A stretch of DNA of 64,000 nt. It comes from an uncultured Alphaproteobacteria bacterium (GTDB taxonomy: Bacteria > Pseudomonadota > Alphaproteobacteria > JAJFIK01). Every line of letters begins with the position of its first letter. Position 1 is the stretch's first letter. The translations under genes were made by a program, and so were the position numbers. Shown piece by piece: positions 39,997 to 50,049 of this stretch. The notes under the pieces are model-generated. The model was not told the DNA's origin, ran no database searches, and saw only the letters and a program-made list of their open reading frames with translations. Where the stretch lies: the NCBI GenBank assembly GCA_964522525.1, contig CAZFWG010000005.1, forward strand, positions 148-64,147, read 5' to 3'.

Positions 39997-41031
39997 GTGA
40001 ACGTGATTGAGCACAAAAACACTTGGCAGCCGGATTATTGGAAGGTCCTCATCGTCTGTGGCTTGTACGTAACGGTGGAGGCGCTCTTTCTGCCGGCATT
40101 CGCACCGGAAAGCTGGCACGTTCGTCTCGAGCTGAACTCCATATTCATGCTGCTTTATCAGTCTGCGGTGGCCTTCGTCATTGCGTTTCCCCTGGCGGAT
40201 GCGCAGTTGGCGAAGCAGCGCTATGCCGCATTTGCCTTCCTGTCACTCGGGATCCTGGCCGCGTCGTCGCTTCTTCTCGAGTTCGTCATCGATCCCCTGC
40301 TCTTTGGTGGCAAGATCATCCCGGTCGTGACTTATATCCGTCTCGTCGAAGGCGGCACCATTGCCCTCCTGCTCATGGCCGTCAGGCTCTTGTCCCATCG
40401 CCGCCGGAACGAGCACCGGCTCGCCGAACTAGAAAGAGCGAACATCGAGGCCGAACTCCAAGTTCTGCGGGCTCAAATCAACCCCCATGTCTTGTTCAAT
40501 GCCCTGAACAACATCTATTCCCATGCCCTCCACAAATCGGAACAGACACCGCACCTTATCCTCAAACTTGCCGATATGCTCAGATACATGATCTATGATT
40601 GCGCCGAAGACGAGGTATCCCTGGAAAAGGAGATCGCTTTCCTGTCTGACTATGTCGAGGTTCAGACCATGTCGCTTGACGATCGGGGCGCCGTTGACTT
40701 CAAGCTGAAAGGCGACATCGTCGGCAAACGGATCGCGCCGTTCCTTCTGATTCCGCTCGTGGAAAACTGTTTCAAGCATAGCCTCGACACCCTCGATCAT
40801 GGGATCGACATCGATATCAACCTGGAGGCGTCGGGCGGTCGGCTGCGGCTCGACTGTTCGAACACTTTCGATCCGCAATCCGACAAAGACGGTCGCAATC
40901 GAGGCGCTGGCATCGGACTGGCCAATGTGAGGCGCCGGCTGGAATTGCTGTTCGACACGAATTTCGCGTTGGATCTGTCACCCCGCGGTGCACGGTTCCA
41001 CGCTCACCTTGATGTGCCGGTGCGCTCATGA
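39997..41031 (+). CDS. Sensor histidine kinase, LytS/YehU family (His_kinase PF06580-type)
   Basis: Five or six N-terminal TM helices, then NPHVLFNALNNIYS (H-box) and the HATPase_c region (GAGIGLANVRRRLELLF). GTG start. The stop overlaps the response-regulator start. Confidence 0.8.
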   Translation: MNVIEHKNTWQPDYWKVLIVCGLYVTVEALFLPAFAPESWHVRLELNSIFMLLYQSAVAFVIAFPLADAQLAKQRYAAFAFLSLGILAASSLLLEFVIDPLLFGGKIIPVVTYIRLVEGGTIALLLMAVRLLSHRRRNEHRLAELERANIEAELQVLRAQINPHVLFNALNNIYSHALHKSEQTPHLILKLADMLRYMIYDCAEDEVSLEKEIAFLSDYVEVQTMSLDDRGAVDFKLKGDIVGKRIAPFLLIPLVENCFKHSLDTLDHGIDIDINLEASGGRLRLDCSNTFDPQSDKDGRNRGAGIGLANVRRRLELLFDTNFALDLSPRGARFHAHLDVPVRS

Positions 41032-41741
41032 AGCGTTTGAGATGCGCCATTCTCGAAGATCAACGCCCTGCGCAGAAGATACTGATTAAATATATTGCCG
41101 ATGCGGATTCCCTTGACCTTGAAGGCGTCTATGGCTCTGCACCGGAGGCGGCAAGCGCCCTTCCCGCCGCTGGCGTCGACGTCCTCTTCCTGGATTTGCA
41201 CCTGCCCAAAATGGATGGCTTCCCTTTCCTAAAGACGCTTTCTCAGCCCCCCTTGATCATTGTGACCACTGCGGATGCCGATCAGGCCCTGGAGGGTTAT
41301 GCCCACAATGTTGTCGACTATCTGTTGAAGCCGTTTTCCTTCGATCGTTTTCTTCAGGCGGTAGAAAAGGCACGTCAGCGCCGGAACGAAACCACATCTG
41401 TAGTAAAACGATCAGAACAAAAATCATCAACCGACGATTTGTTCATCAAAAGTAATGGCGAAATCCGGCGGGTCGTCGTCGACCAGATTCAGTTCATCCG
41501 GTCCGAAAGTGACTATGTCGAACTCTTTACGACCAAGGAAAGATTCTACTTCGCCCGAGCCCTTCGTTCGCTCCTCACGGAACTGCCGGGAAGCCATTTC
41601 GTCCGCGTTCATAAATCATATGTCGTCAATATCCGGTACATCACCCGCATTGTCGGGACGGAGATCCATATTGGAGGAACGACAGTGCCGATCGGAAGGA
41701 GCTACAGGGAGCCTTTCCTGCAAAAGATCAGCATCGGTTAG
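41028..41741 (+). CDS. LytTR family two-component response regulator
   Basis: REC domain (ILEDQRPAQKIL...DVLFLDLHLPKMDGF) plus a C-terminal LytTR DNA-binding domain (VHKSYVVNIRYITRI). Confidence 0.85.
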   Translation: MKRLRCAILEDQRPAQKILIKYIADADSLDLEGVYGSAPEAASALPAAGVDVLFLDLHLPKMDGFPFLKTLSQPPLIIVTTADADQALEGYAHNVVDYLLKPFSFDRFLQAVEKARQRRNETTSVVKRSEQKSSTDDLFIKSNGEIRRVVVDQIQFIRSESDYVELFTTKERFYFARALRSLLTELPGSHFVRVHKSYVVNIRYITRIVGTEIHIGGTTVPIGRSYREPFLQKISIG

Positions 41742-42389
41742 AATGTCTCGCAGCGCAGTCTGTTTTGTCTTCGGACAGAAGGCAAAGCCCGCCAGGGACT
41801 CTCAAGAGGATCCCTTCCGACCCTCCCGAAGGGCACGACCTGCCTGATCCAAGCAGTGCTCAAGATTCGCCGAAATATGGTTCCGGTTCGTGGTGCCGTC
41901 ATCGGCCGTGCACAAAGCATTGAATCGATCTCCGGGGCAGTTGGAACACGAGGGCACCAAGTGGTGCATTAGACCTCCCGAGACAAATCTTGAGCTTGTC
42001 CTCGGCCGGTCCTGCTTTTTCTCAGATCGTCTCCGGAGCAATCCAATAGGAGTAGGTCGACATGCGACCGGTCTCGCCACTGAGATCGATCGGTTCAAAA
42101 CGCAGATCGGCCGAACCGTCAAAATCATTGAAAAAACGAAATCCTGCTGCGTCCCCGCAACAACGCGCGTTCCTGAGAAGGAGACATCCGGTGCATGTGC
42201 ACTGGCAAAGACGTTAGCGCCGCAACGTGATCGCGACGGGACCGGTTTCCTTGACGTTTACCGGCCCTCAACGCCGAACCCAGATAAACTGAATGACGGG
42301 AAGATCCAACCCGGCCATAACTGTCAGCGACGTCATCGAAGATCCAGGGCAAATCAGCCCAGAGTGTCCTGGCGAGAGCGGAGAGACAG

Positions 42390-43001
42390 TTGGCAAACTT
42401 ATTGGTCTACTACGTGCATCCCGGTCAGCGATTTTCGCGGGCGAACAAGGCCATGGCGGACGCCGCACGCCGGATCGCCGACATCGGCTTTGTTGATCTT
42501 TATGCCGAGTATCCGCGCCATAATATCGATGTCGACACAGAGCAGAACCGGCTTCTCGATCATGATGTGGTGCTTTTTCAGTTTCCCCTCTTCTGGTATT
42601 CGACGCCGTCACTGCTGAAGGAATGGCTCGACCTGGTTCTCGAACACGGATTTGCCTATGGCAGCGGGGGCGACCGACTGGCCGGCAAAACCTTGATGCT
42701 GGCCATCACGGCGGCCGGACCCGCCGACGCCTACACCCCGTCAGGGTACCAACACTATCCGCTGCGTACCTTCCTCACGCCCCTGGAACAGATGGCCCGC
42801 CTCTGCAGAATGTCCTTCTCCGCGCCTTATGTGCTCCATGCTTCCCTTAAAGCTCCAGAGTCCGGTGAAATCACACCACATACGGAGGGATATGTGCGGC
42901 TCCTGAAGGCAGTTCGGGACGACCAATATGATTTCAACACGGCCGTTGACCGGGACATTATAACCTATGCGGATCTTCCCAGTCTTTTGCAAGGAGCCTG
43001 A
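42390..43001 (+). CDS. Flavodoxin-like NAD(P)H:quinone oxidoreductase, KefF/KefG-type ancillary protein of K+ efflux system
   Basis: LLVYYVHPGQRFSRANKAM...VDLYAEYPRHNIDVDTEQNRLLDHDVVLFQFPLFWYSTPSLLKEWLDLVLEHGFAYG closely parallels E. coli KefG. TTG start. It lies 3 nt upstream of the KefB-like gene. Confidence 0.75.
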   Translation: MANLLVYYVHPGQRFSRANKAMADAARRIADIGFVDLYAEYPRHNIDVDTEQNRLLDHDVVLFQFPLFWYSTPSLLKEWLDLVLEHGFAYGSGGDRLAGKTLMLAITAAGPADAYTPSGYQHYPLRTFLTPLEQMARLCRMSFSAPYVLHASLKAPESGEITPHTEGYVRLLKAVRDDQYDFNTAVDRDIITYADLPSLLQGA

Positions 43002-43004
43002 TCC

Positions 43005-44975
43005 ATGACCGACATCCTTTTCCTTGCATTCATGTTCCTCTGTGCGGGCGTCATTGCCGTGCCGATCGCTTCTCGTCTCGGTCTGGGTTCGGTCCTCGGT
43101 TACCTCATCGCCGGCATCGGGCTGAGTCCCCTCCTCGCAAGCTTCAATGTCGACGTTGTCGCGATCCAACATTTCGCCGAGTTCGGTGTGGTGATGATGC
43201 TCTTTCTGGTCGGATTGGAGCTGGAGCCAAAACTCCTATGGGAGATGCGCGGCAGGCTTCTCGGGCTTGGCGGACTACAGGTGACGGCGACAGCCGCAGC
43301 CGTCATGGCCGGGGCCATGGTCTTGGGTCAGCCTTGGACCATCGCTCTCGCCATTGGCCTCGTCTTCGCGCTCTCCTCGACGGCGATCGTTTTGCAGACC
43401 CTGAACGAGAAGGGCCTGATGAAAAGCGATGGCGGCCAGGCCAGCTTTTCCGTACTCCTCTTTCAGGACATCGCGGTCATTCCCATGCTGGCCTTCATTC
43501 CGCTCCTGGCGATGCCGGAACTGATGGATGTCGGCGCCACGGTGGCCGAGGGTCACCATGGTCCTGAGGCGGATCATGGGGGGGATGACGGGCATGAGAG
43601 CGGCATGAGTCTCGTGGCCGGCCTGAACGGGTGGCAGACGGCGCTTGTGACGATTGGTGCCGTGGGGGCCGTCGTTCTTGGGGGGATCTATCTGACCGGC
43701 CCCGTTTTCCGCTTCATCGCCATGGCCGGCTTGCGCGAACTCTTCACGGCGGCGGCCTTGATGTTCGTGGTGGGCATCGCGTTGCTCATGTCCCTTGTCG
43801 GTCTCTCGCCGGCCCTCGGGACGTTCCTCGCCGGGGTCGTTCTGGCCAATAGCGAATACCGACATGAACTGGAAAGTGATGTCGACCCGTTCCGTGGGCT
43901 GTTGCTTGGCCTGTTTTTCATGACCGTTGGCGCGAGCATCGACTTCGACCTGTTGTTCGCGGATTTCGGCTCGATCCTGTCGCTCACACTTGGGCTGATG
44001 GCTTTGAAACTCGCCGTGTTGCTCGCACTCGGCCACATGTTTCGCCTTGAGGGATCCGACCGATGGCTGATCGGTCTGGGCCTCGCGCAAGCCGGCGAAT
44101 TCGGCTTCGTGCTGCTGTCTTTCACGGTTGCCAATCAGGTGATCCCCCAAAGCGTCGCGGACCAGCTTCTGCTCATCGTTGCCCTGTCCATGCTTCTCAC
44201 CCCGGCACTCTTCATTCTGTATGAACGCGTTGTTTCACCGCGCTTCACTGCGCTTCAGGAAGGAGAAGCGGACGCGATCGAGGAACCCGGGGACATCATC
44301 ATTGCAGGCCATGGTCGCTTTGGTGGCATCATCAATCGTATGCTGAGGGCGGCGGGCTTCACGCCGACGGTCCTTGATTTCAGTTCCGAGCATCTGGAGG
44401 TCCTGCGCCGCTTTGGTCTCAGGGTGTATTTCGGGGACGCCAGCCGGCCCGATCTTCTGCATGCCGCTGGTATTGAAAAGGCAAGGCTCCTGATCGTGGC
44501 CATCGATGGACAGAGTCAGATAACGGAACTCGTGCGCCATGTCCGACAGACCTATCCCGACGTCTGGATCATCGCCCGCGCCGTCAACCGGTTTCATGTC
44601 TACGAGCTCTATGCCGCCGGATGCCGCGATATCATCCGCGACACATTTGACAGCAGCGTAAGGGCCGGACGATCAGCCTATGAGGCCCTGGGCATCCATC
44701 CCTTCGATGCCGAGCAACTGGCCCGCAAGTTTTCTGAGGATGACCGTTTCATCCTGGCCCAGATGGCCGAAGTCTATGACCCGGAGATCCCGAACCATGA
44801 GAACCCGGCTTATGTTGAACGGATGAAGGCATTCATGGAAGAGCGCGAGGCCCAACTCTGCAGCAACAGCCGGGCCTTTGCAACGCGTACGGAACGGGGG
44901 TGGGCCCCACCCTCAGCCAATGACGTCGAGACAGAAAAGGCCAGACATGAAAGCGCGAAAGTGACGCAGCAATGA
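43005..44975 (+). CDS. Glutathione-regulated potassium-efflux system protein (KefB/KefC-type CPA2 antiporter with RCK/TrkA-N domain)
   Basis: 656 aa. Na_H exchanger membrane domain (12-13 TM), then IIIAGHGRFGGIINRMLRAAG (Rossmann/RCK) and a C-terminal regulatory region. Confidence 0.85.
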   Translation: MTDILFLAFMFLCAGVIAVPIASRLGLGSVLGYLIAGIGLSPLLASFNVDVVAIQHFAEFGVVMMLFLVGLELEPKLLWEMRGRLLGLGGLQVTATAAAVMAGAMVLGQPWTIALAIGLVFALSSTAIVLQTLNEKGLMKSDGGQASFSVLLFQDIAVIPMLAFIPLLAMPELMDVGATVAEGHHGPEADHGGDDGHESGMSLVAGLNGWQTALVTIGAVGAVVLGGIYLTGPVFRFIAMAGLRELFTAAALMFVVGIALLMSLVGLSPALGTFLAGVVLANSEYRHELESDVDPFRGLLLGLFFMTVGASIDFDLLFADFGSILSLTLGLMALKLAVLLALGHMFRLEGSDRWLIGLGLAQAGEFGFVLLSFTVANQVIPQSVADQLLLIVALSMLLTPALFILYERVVSPRFTALQEGEADAIEEPGDIIIAGHGRFGGIINRMLRAAGFTPTVLDFSSEHLEVLRRFGLRVYFGDASRPDLLHAAGIEKARLLIVAIDGQSQITELVRHVRQTYPDVWIIARAVNRFHVYELYAAGCRDIIRDTFDSSVRAGRSAYEALGIHPFDAEQLARKFSEDDRFILAQMAEVYDPEIPNHENPAYVERMKAFMEEREAQLCSNSRAFATRTERGWAPPSANDVETEKARHESAKVTQQ

Positions 44976-45072
44976 ACAGTGTCGAACGCCGCGAAACAAA
45001 AGGAGCACGGCCTTGCGGCCGCGCTCCTGGGATTCTTCTTTCGGGTAACCGCCATGGTCTCAGGCTGGTTGG

Positions 45073-46875
45073 TCAGATAGTCCCATATCCCGCAAAAGTG
45101 TTGACCGGGGACCAATCCGGTTTGACGGGCGGCATATGGCGCAAATCGTGATGGGCAAAAACGCCCTCTCCGTACACCACACGGCCGCCCAGCACGGTAA
45201 GTTGGGATTTCAGCTTGGCGATCTCCGCATTGGTCACCGTGAAATAGTCCCGGTCCAGAAGAGCGAAATCCGCCAATTGGCCCACCTTGATCGCGCCCTT
45301 GCGACCCTCATCGCCGGTAAACCAGGCCGAGCCCGTGGTCCATACCCGCAATGCTTCTTCCCGGCTGAGCAGATTGTCGTCATCATACATGCGCATACCG
45401 CCGCGGGACAGGCCGGTGGTCATCCATTGGATCGAGAACCAAGGATTGTAGCTGGTCACACGCGTGGCATCCGTTCCGCCGCCGACCGGCACACCCAAAT
45501 CAAGAATGGCCCTGAAGTTCGGTGTCTTCTTCAGTTTCTCCGCACCATAGTTCGCGACGAAATCCTCCGCCTGGAACTGAAGCCGGTTTTGCAAGGCGAT
45601 GCCGCCTCCAAGCTTGGCCACGCGTTCCAGGTTCTTCTCGGAAAAGGTTTCCACATGGTCGACAAACCAACCATCCACGAGCCCGGCTCCCTTGGCCACG
45701 TCTTCATAGACCGCCAGCAGGCGGTCGCCGGTCTCGTCATAGGTAATGTGTTGGCGGAACGGCCAGCCCGCTTCGCCAATCACCGTCATGATTTGGCGCT
45801 GATAGTCTTCTGCATCCCGGTCAATGTCCGGACGCTGATCGCCAAAGATCTCATAGTCATAAGAGGCCCAGCAGATGTTCTCGCCCGCACCGACGAATTT
45901 CAGCATGTCGTCGCCGCTGCCCGGCGTGAATTTCTTGGTCCAGGCCTTGTAGTCATCCAGTTCCTGTCCCTTGACCTGAGGGAAGGAGTGGTAGCCGATG
46001 CGGGTCGTCAGCAGATCTTCCTGATGCATCCAGGTGACAACCTGATAGGGGTCGGCATCAGGGAATTCCATGCCCCCACCACCGGCATCCGAAACACCGG
46101 TGAGGCCCAGGCTGTTCAATTCATTCATGTACTGCATGGATGAATTGATTTGATCTTGGATCGATAGTTTCGGCGCCTTGGACAGGGTCTTGTACATCAG
46201 CAGACCGGAAGGATCAGCCAAAAGGCGGCCCGTGGCGCGGCCATCCTCGTCCTTTTCGACGACCCCGCCGGGATAGGTCTCATGATTACGGCGATCATAA
46301 CCGAAATAGGAGACAGCCCGACTGTTGAGCAGGGTCATTTTATAGAGATAGTGGATCAGCACGGGATGGTTCGGCGCGACGGCATCGAGCTCCGCCACCG
46401 TCGGCAGACGTTTTTCCTTGAACTGAAATTCCGAAAAACCACCGACCACGCGAAGAAACTGGCCCTCCGGTGTCTTGTCGGCTTGGACACGCAACATGTG
46501 GAGTGCCTCTTCCAGACTGTCCGCCGTGTCCCAACGCACTTCCATATTGTAGTTCACACCGCCCCTGATGGAATGCGTGTGGCTGTCGATCAAGCCGGGA
46601 ATAACCCGTTTGCCGCCCCCATTGATAACCTGGGTGAACGGACCAATAAATTTGCGTACTTCCTTTTCTTTACCGACCGCCAAAAAGACACCGTCCTTGG
46701 CCGCAAGGGCGGTGGCCTCGGGGTTTTTCGGATCCATTGTGGTGATCCGGGCATTGACCAAGACAAGATCGGCGGTCGTTTCCTTGGCCACGGCGGGGCT
46801 GGTCAGTGACAAGGCCCCAAAGGCTGTGCCACCAGCGAAAACATCACGGCGGGTCGGCTGGGATGACGATGACAT
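45073..46875 (-). CDS. Amidohydrolase-3 family metal-dependent hydrolase, Tat-exported
   Basis: Tat motif PTRRDVFAGGTAFGALSLTSPAVA. Metal ligands GLIDSHTH...; 600 aa. Confidence 0.8.
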   Translation of the reverse strand: MSSSSQPTRRDVFAGGTAFGALSLTSPAVAKETTADLVLVNARITTMDPKNPEATALAAKDGVFLAVGKEKEVRKFIGPFTQVINGGGKRVIPGLIDSHTHSIRGGVNYNMEVRWDTADSLEEALHMLRVQADKTPEGQFLRVVGGFSEFQFKEKRLPTVAELDAVAPNHPVLIHYLYKMTLLNSRAVSYFGYDRRNHETYPGGVVEKDEDGRATGRLLADPSGLLMYKTLSKAPKLSIQDQINSSMQYMNELNSLGLTGVSDAGGGGMEFPDADPYQVVTWMHQEDLLTTRIGYHSFPQVKGQELDDYKAWTKKFTPGSGDDMLKFVGAGENICWASYDYEIFGDQRPDIDRDAEDYQRQIMTVIGEAGWPFRQHITYDETGDRLLAVYEDVAKGAGLVDGWFVDHVETFSEKNLERVAKLGGGIALQNRLQFQAEDFVANYGAEKLKKTPNFRAILDLGVPVGGGTDATRVTSYNPWFSIQWMTTGLSRGGMRMYDDDNLLSREEALRVWTTGSAWFTGDEGRKGAIKVGQLADFALLDRDYFTVTNAEIAKLKSQLTVLGGRVVYGEGVFAHHDLRHMPPVKPDWSPVNTFAGYGTI

Positions 46876-47163
46876 GAACAGAACTCCTCTTCAGGTTTCA
46901 AGTCGAACAAGATCCGATACCGGCAGACCCTCTTCAGAGCATTCAAGACCCGGAAGAAGACCGGCCGGGGCAGCACCTATGGGATGTCGCTCCATCGCAT
47001 AGACCTCTGCCCAGAATTACCCGGCGTTTTGGTGTTGTGACGTTGGCCGGCACTCCTCATCATAGAATTCCACCAAACCTGCTCCTTCCAAAGATCATAT
47101 CGGGACACCGTGTTGGCAAAAGCCAGTCAGATTTGCTGACGGACATGTTTCATGGCGGCGACC

Positions 47164-48486
47164 TCAAAAGTTGAACTCCACGGTGAACTCGACAAAGTCG
47201 ACGGGATCCGACACGCCCGTCTCCCGAATGAAGGCCTGGGGCTCGGAATGGGTGAAAAGGAGGCTCAGGAAGAAATGCTCTCCGGCCTGCCACTCCACAC
47301 CGGCCGAGACCGAAATATCGACAAGGCGCTCGTCCGAGCCGAGCGGTTCGCGGATCAGAAAGCCTGGCGGTCCGTATACGCCATCTTCCGTTTCCAGGCG
47401 CCAATAGAAATTGACGTCCACGAATGTCAAAAGGTCGTCGCGGGGGCGCAGCCTCAAATAGGGGTGGACGTTGAAGAAGTTCGCCGGACCAAGAAGGGCG
47501 TTTTCGGAGAAATAACTGCCGCGCGGATAGAGCGCGTTGAATGTTCCAAGCCGGCCGTCACCAAGGTCACCGTCGCCCGAGGCGATATTGGTGGAGAGCA
47601 TGATCTCCGGTGACCACGTCACCTCTTCCCACCGATAGCCCGTGTTCATGGCCACCGTCCAGGCGGAGATATCGGCGTCCTCGAAATCTCCGAACTGATA
47701 GATCGCTTCCCAGTCCCAGAACCAAGGCCCCTTGTCACCGAAGGCCCGGGCGCCGACGGAATGGCGTTGCTCATCCTCGATACCTTCGATGGTTGCGCGG
47801 TCATCGAATTCCGCATAAAGATAGTAGAGATCGATTTTGCCGAGAGGCGCCGGGCCGACGATATACAGACCGGCAAGCTCCTGACCCTCGTCCTGGCCGT
47901 CATTGAAGATCCCATCGACATCCACATCAACGAGCCTGAGACCGACGGCATCGAGGTTCCAATCGCCGACCGCGAGAGAACCCCGCACGCCGTCCCAGGT
48001 GCGCCGGACATTGGTGCCATCGCGCACTGCGACAAGACGCTGGGATCCCAGGCGCAATTCCTGACGGCCGACACGGATGAAAGCGTGCTCGGGGCCGAAG
48101 TCGAGAAAACCCTCCTGGAGGTCGAGGTCGTTCCGTTCGACGGGGCTCTCATCCCCTCCTTCGAGAAGGGCACTGACGACCGATGCCCGGGCGCGCAGCC
48201 AGGGGAGGGCCTGGGCATCTGCCACAATTCTGGCGCGCTGGGTCCAGAAGAACCCGGCCCCGTCCGCCCCCGCATCATATTCAATCGCCGAGAGATAGGT
48301 CACACGTTCGCGCAGTTGCCCGGACAGGTGAAGCCAGGAGGATTTTTCCTTCTCGGGTTCCTCTTCCGGTGTGTGGAGATGCGATTGCGCCCACGCGCCG
48401 CCGCTGACGGTCCATGCGACCGCCAGCATCGCTATCCCCATGGAGAAAGAAAGTGAGCGCCGCCCCATGTCCCTAAGCCTTCCCAT
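47164..48486 (-). CDS. Outer-membrane beta-barrel protein, alginate-export (AlgE-like) family
   Basis: Signal peptide (MGIAMLAVAWTVSGGAWA). Alternating amphipathic beta-strands rich in Tyr/Gly/Asp, ending in the C-terminal EFTVEFNF (terminal Phe). It lies 42 nt downstream of the tyrosinase gene on the same strand. Confidence 0.6.
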   Translation of the reverse strand: MGRLRDMGRRSLSFSMGIAMLAVAWTVSGGAWAQSHLHTPEEEPEKEKSSWLHLSGQLRERVTYLSAIEYDAGADGAGFFWTQRARIVADAQALPWLRARASVVSALLEGGDESPVERNDLDLQEGFLDFGPEHAFIRVGRQELRLGSQRLVAVRDGTNVRRTWDGVRGSLAVGDWNLDAVGLRLVDVDVDGIFNDGQDEGQELAGLYIVGPAPLGKIDLYYLYAEFDDRATIEGIEDEQRHSVGARAFGDKGPWFWDWEAIYQFGDFEDADISAWTVAMNTGYRWEEVTWSPEIMLSTNIASGDGDLGDGRLGTFNALYPRGSYFSENALLGPANFFNVHPYLRLRPRDDLLTFVDVNFYWRLETEDGVYGPPGFLIREPLGSDERLVDISVSAGVEWQAGEHFFLSLLFTHSEPQAFIRETGVSDPVDFVEFTVEFNF

Positions 48487-48528
48487 TTTGATGATCCTGA
48501 AATCGTCCTTATGCGGCCAGAGCTGAGG

Positions 48529-49911
48529 TCAGACGTCGATCGACAAGGATACGCCTTTGAACGGGATGGGCTCGGTCGGGATTTCGCGTCCCTTGAGCGG
48601 CACGCCGACCCCGACGACACTCACGCGTCCGCTCTCAAGGAGGGCGTTCAAAGCAGTGGGCGGCACCTCGACCTGGCTCGTGACCGTACGCTCTAGACCT
48701 GAACGCAAATCGGGGATCGGCAGGATCGTGAAGGTACCCACATAGGTCGCCTGGCTGGTCGCATCGTCGACAAAAAACAGTCGGTGCTGAAAGGGTTGGA
48801 GAGGCAAACTCAAGCGTTCGTAGTTGAGCGCGACACGGCCCGGCCCCTCACCACGGGCGATAACGTTGATCTGGGCCAATTGGGCATCCGAAAGATCGAG
48901 GGTGGCATAAGTCTCACCCCCGCCGGGAAATGCCGGCATCGTCTCCACACTGAGTGTCGGGCGCCAATCGAGACTGTCGAAACGATAGCCGAGCTTCTCC
49001 GTCTCGAGAACATCACGAACCCTGACCGTCTCGCGGTTGCCGGAGGGGCCATAAAACCAGAAGACGTGATCGAGCCAGTCGGCATCCGTCGGATTGGCGC
49101 GGCCATCACCTTGGGCCAGCCAGATCTCCCAGACCCGGTCAATATTGCCGTGGTGGCTCTGGAACATGGGATCATTGCCGGCGCCGTCAAAAGACGCCAT
49201 TTCACCGCCCGTCCAGTTATGGACATTGTTGTGGGCGCCTTGTTCGAGCGTGCCTTCGACCTGAACCTCGCCAAGGGTGCGACGGCGGCCCCCGAAATGG
49301 GCAAATTTTGTCGCGCGCAGGGCGGGGCCCAGCTCCAGAAAATCAGCGGGCAGTGTGTCGCTGCGCTCCTGCAATCGGGTCGTGTTGTAGAGGGCATTGC
49401 CGTCGCCCCAGTACCAATCGGGCACTCTGGCGTTTCGGGTCCAATCCCAATAGGGCAGTGCAAAGGCCGGCTCCTTCAAAACACGGCGGATCTTCTGTTC
49501 CAGATTGACGAGATAGGCCCGGTGCCAGGGCAAGAAGAACCAGCCATAGTGAACTTGATATCCGAAGGTCCGTGTCGCGCAAAACAGGGAGTGATGGGCC
49601 CAATGCTGCGCCCAGCCCATGGGATCCAGGGGATTCTGTTCAGAACGCTTTTTCATCCAGGCCACGGCTTCCCGGTACATCCGGACATCGTCGCTGTCGG
49701 CGTTGAGGGAATGCGCTTCCTTGCGAATGCCAAAACCGATGATTTCGCTCATCTCCGGCGGACTTTCGGTTTGCACGTCCAGGAACGTCGTGTCCGGCTC
49801 CTCATCCCGGCCGCGCCAGGCGGCGAGACCCAAGCTGAGGGCACCAACCCCCACAGGTCCTGACATCATCAGTAAACGACGTGTAAGATCGGCGGATGCG
49901 CTTTTGCTCAC
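48529..49911 (-). CDS. Tyrosinase (type-3 copper polyphenol oxidase), Tat-exported
   Basis: Tat signal LTRRLLMMSGPVGVGALSLGLAAW. CuA site: HHSLFCATRTFGYQVHYGWFFLPWHRAY. CuB site: HNNVHNWTGG...FQSHHGNIDRVWEIW. The ~110-aa C-terminal extension is beyond the catalytic core. Confidence 0.85.
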   Translation of the reverse strand: MSKSASADLTRRLLMMSGPVGVGALSLGLAAWRGRDEEPDTTFLDVQTESPPEMSEIIGFGIRKEAHSLNADSDDVRMYREAVAWMKKRSEQNPLDPMGWAQHWAHHSLFCATRTFGYQVHYGWFFLPWHRAYLVNLEQKIRRVLKEPAFALPYWDWTRNARVPDWYWGDGNALYNTTRLQERSDTLPADFLELGPALRATKFAHFGGRRRTLGEVQVEGTLEQGAHNNVHNWTGGEMASFDGAGNDPMFQSHHGNIDRVWEIWLAQGDGRANPTDADWLDHVFWFYGPSGNRETVRVRDVLETEKLGYRFDSLDWRPTLSVETMPAFPGGGETYATLDLSDAQLAQINVIARGEGPGRVALNYERLSLPLQPFQHRLFFVDDATSQATYVGTFTILPIPDLRSGLERTVTSQVEVPPTALNALLESGRVSVVGVGVPLKGREIPTEPIPFKGVSLSIDV

Positions 49912-49975
49912 GGTGGACCTCCCCTTCCTGTCGCGGCACGAAGTCTCTTCCGATCTGCGTCTCTATACTGCTTGC

Positions 49976-50004
49976 CGGACAAGGGCACTCCCTGCCCTCG
50001 TCCG
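49976..50004. promoter_or_regulatory. Imperfect 12-nt inverted repeat CGGACAAGGGCA-ctccc-TGCCCTCGTCCG between isochorismatase-like gene and tyrosinase
   Basis: Seen directly. One mismatch. No flanking U/A tract, so it is not a classic intrinsic terminator. Confidence 0.3.
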
Positions 50005-50049
50005 GACATACAGTTCGGCCGGTGCCAGCATTGGGGCGACCAGACAGGC

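Noticed and set aside
41745-41790. Stem-loop with UUCG loop just after the LytTR stop (ttttgtcTTCGgacagaa)
   Set aside because: It is not followed by a U-run, so terminator function is uncertain.
41802-42618. ORFs in the LytTR-kefG gap (41890-42618 +, 41802-42128 -, 42125-42352 -), and a protein-like stretch (FRFFNDFDGSADLRFEPIDLSGETGRM) in another minus frame
   Set aside because: No start codon or RBS fits the protein-like stretch, and the listed ORFs are compositionally random. The gap is treated as non-coding, or a decayed remnant at most.
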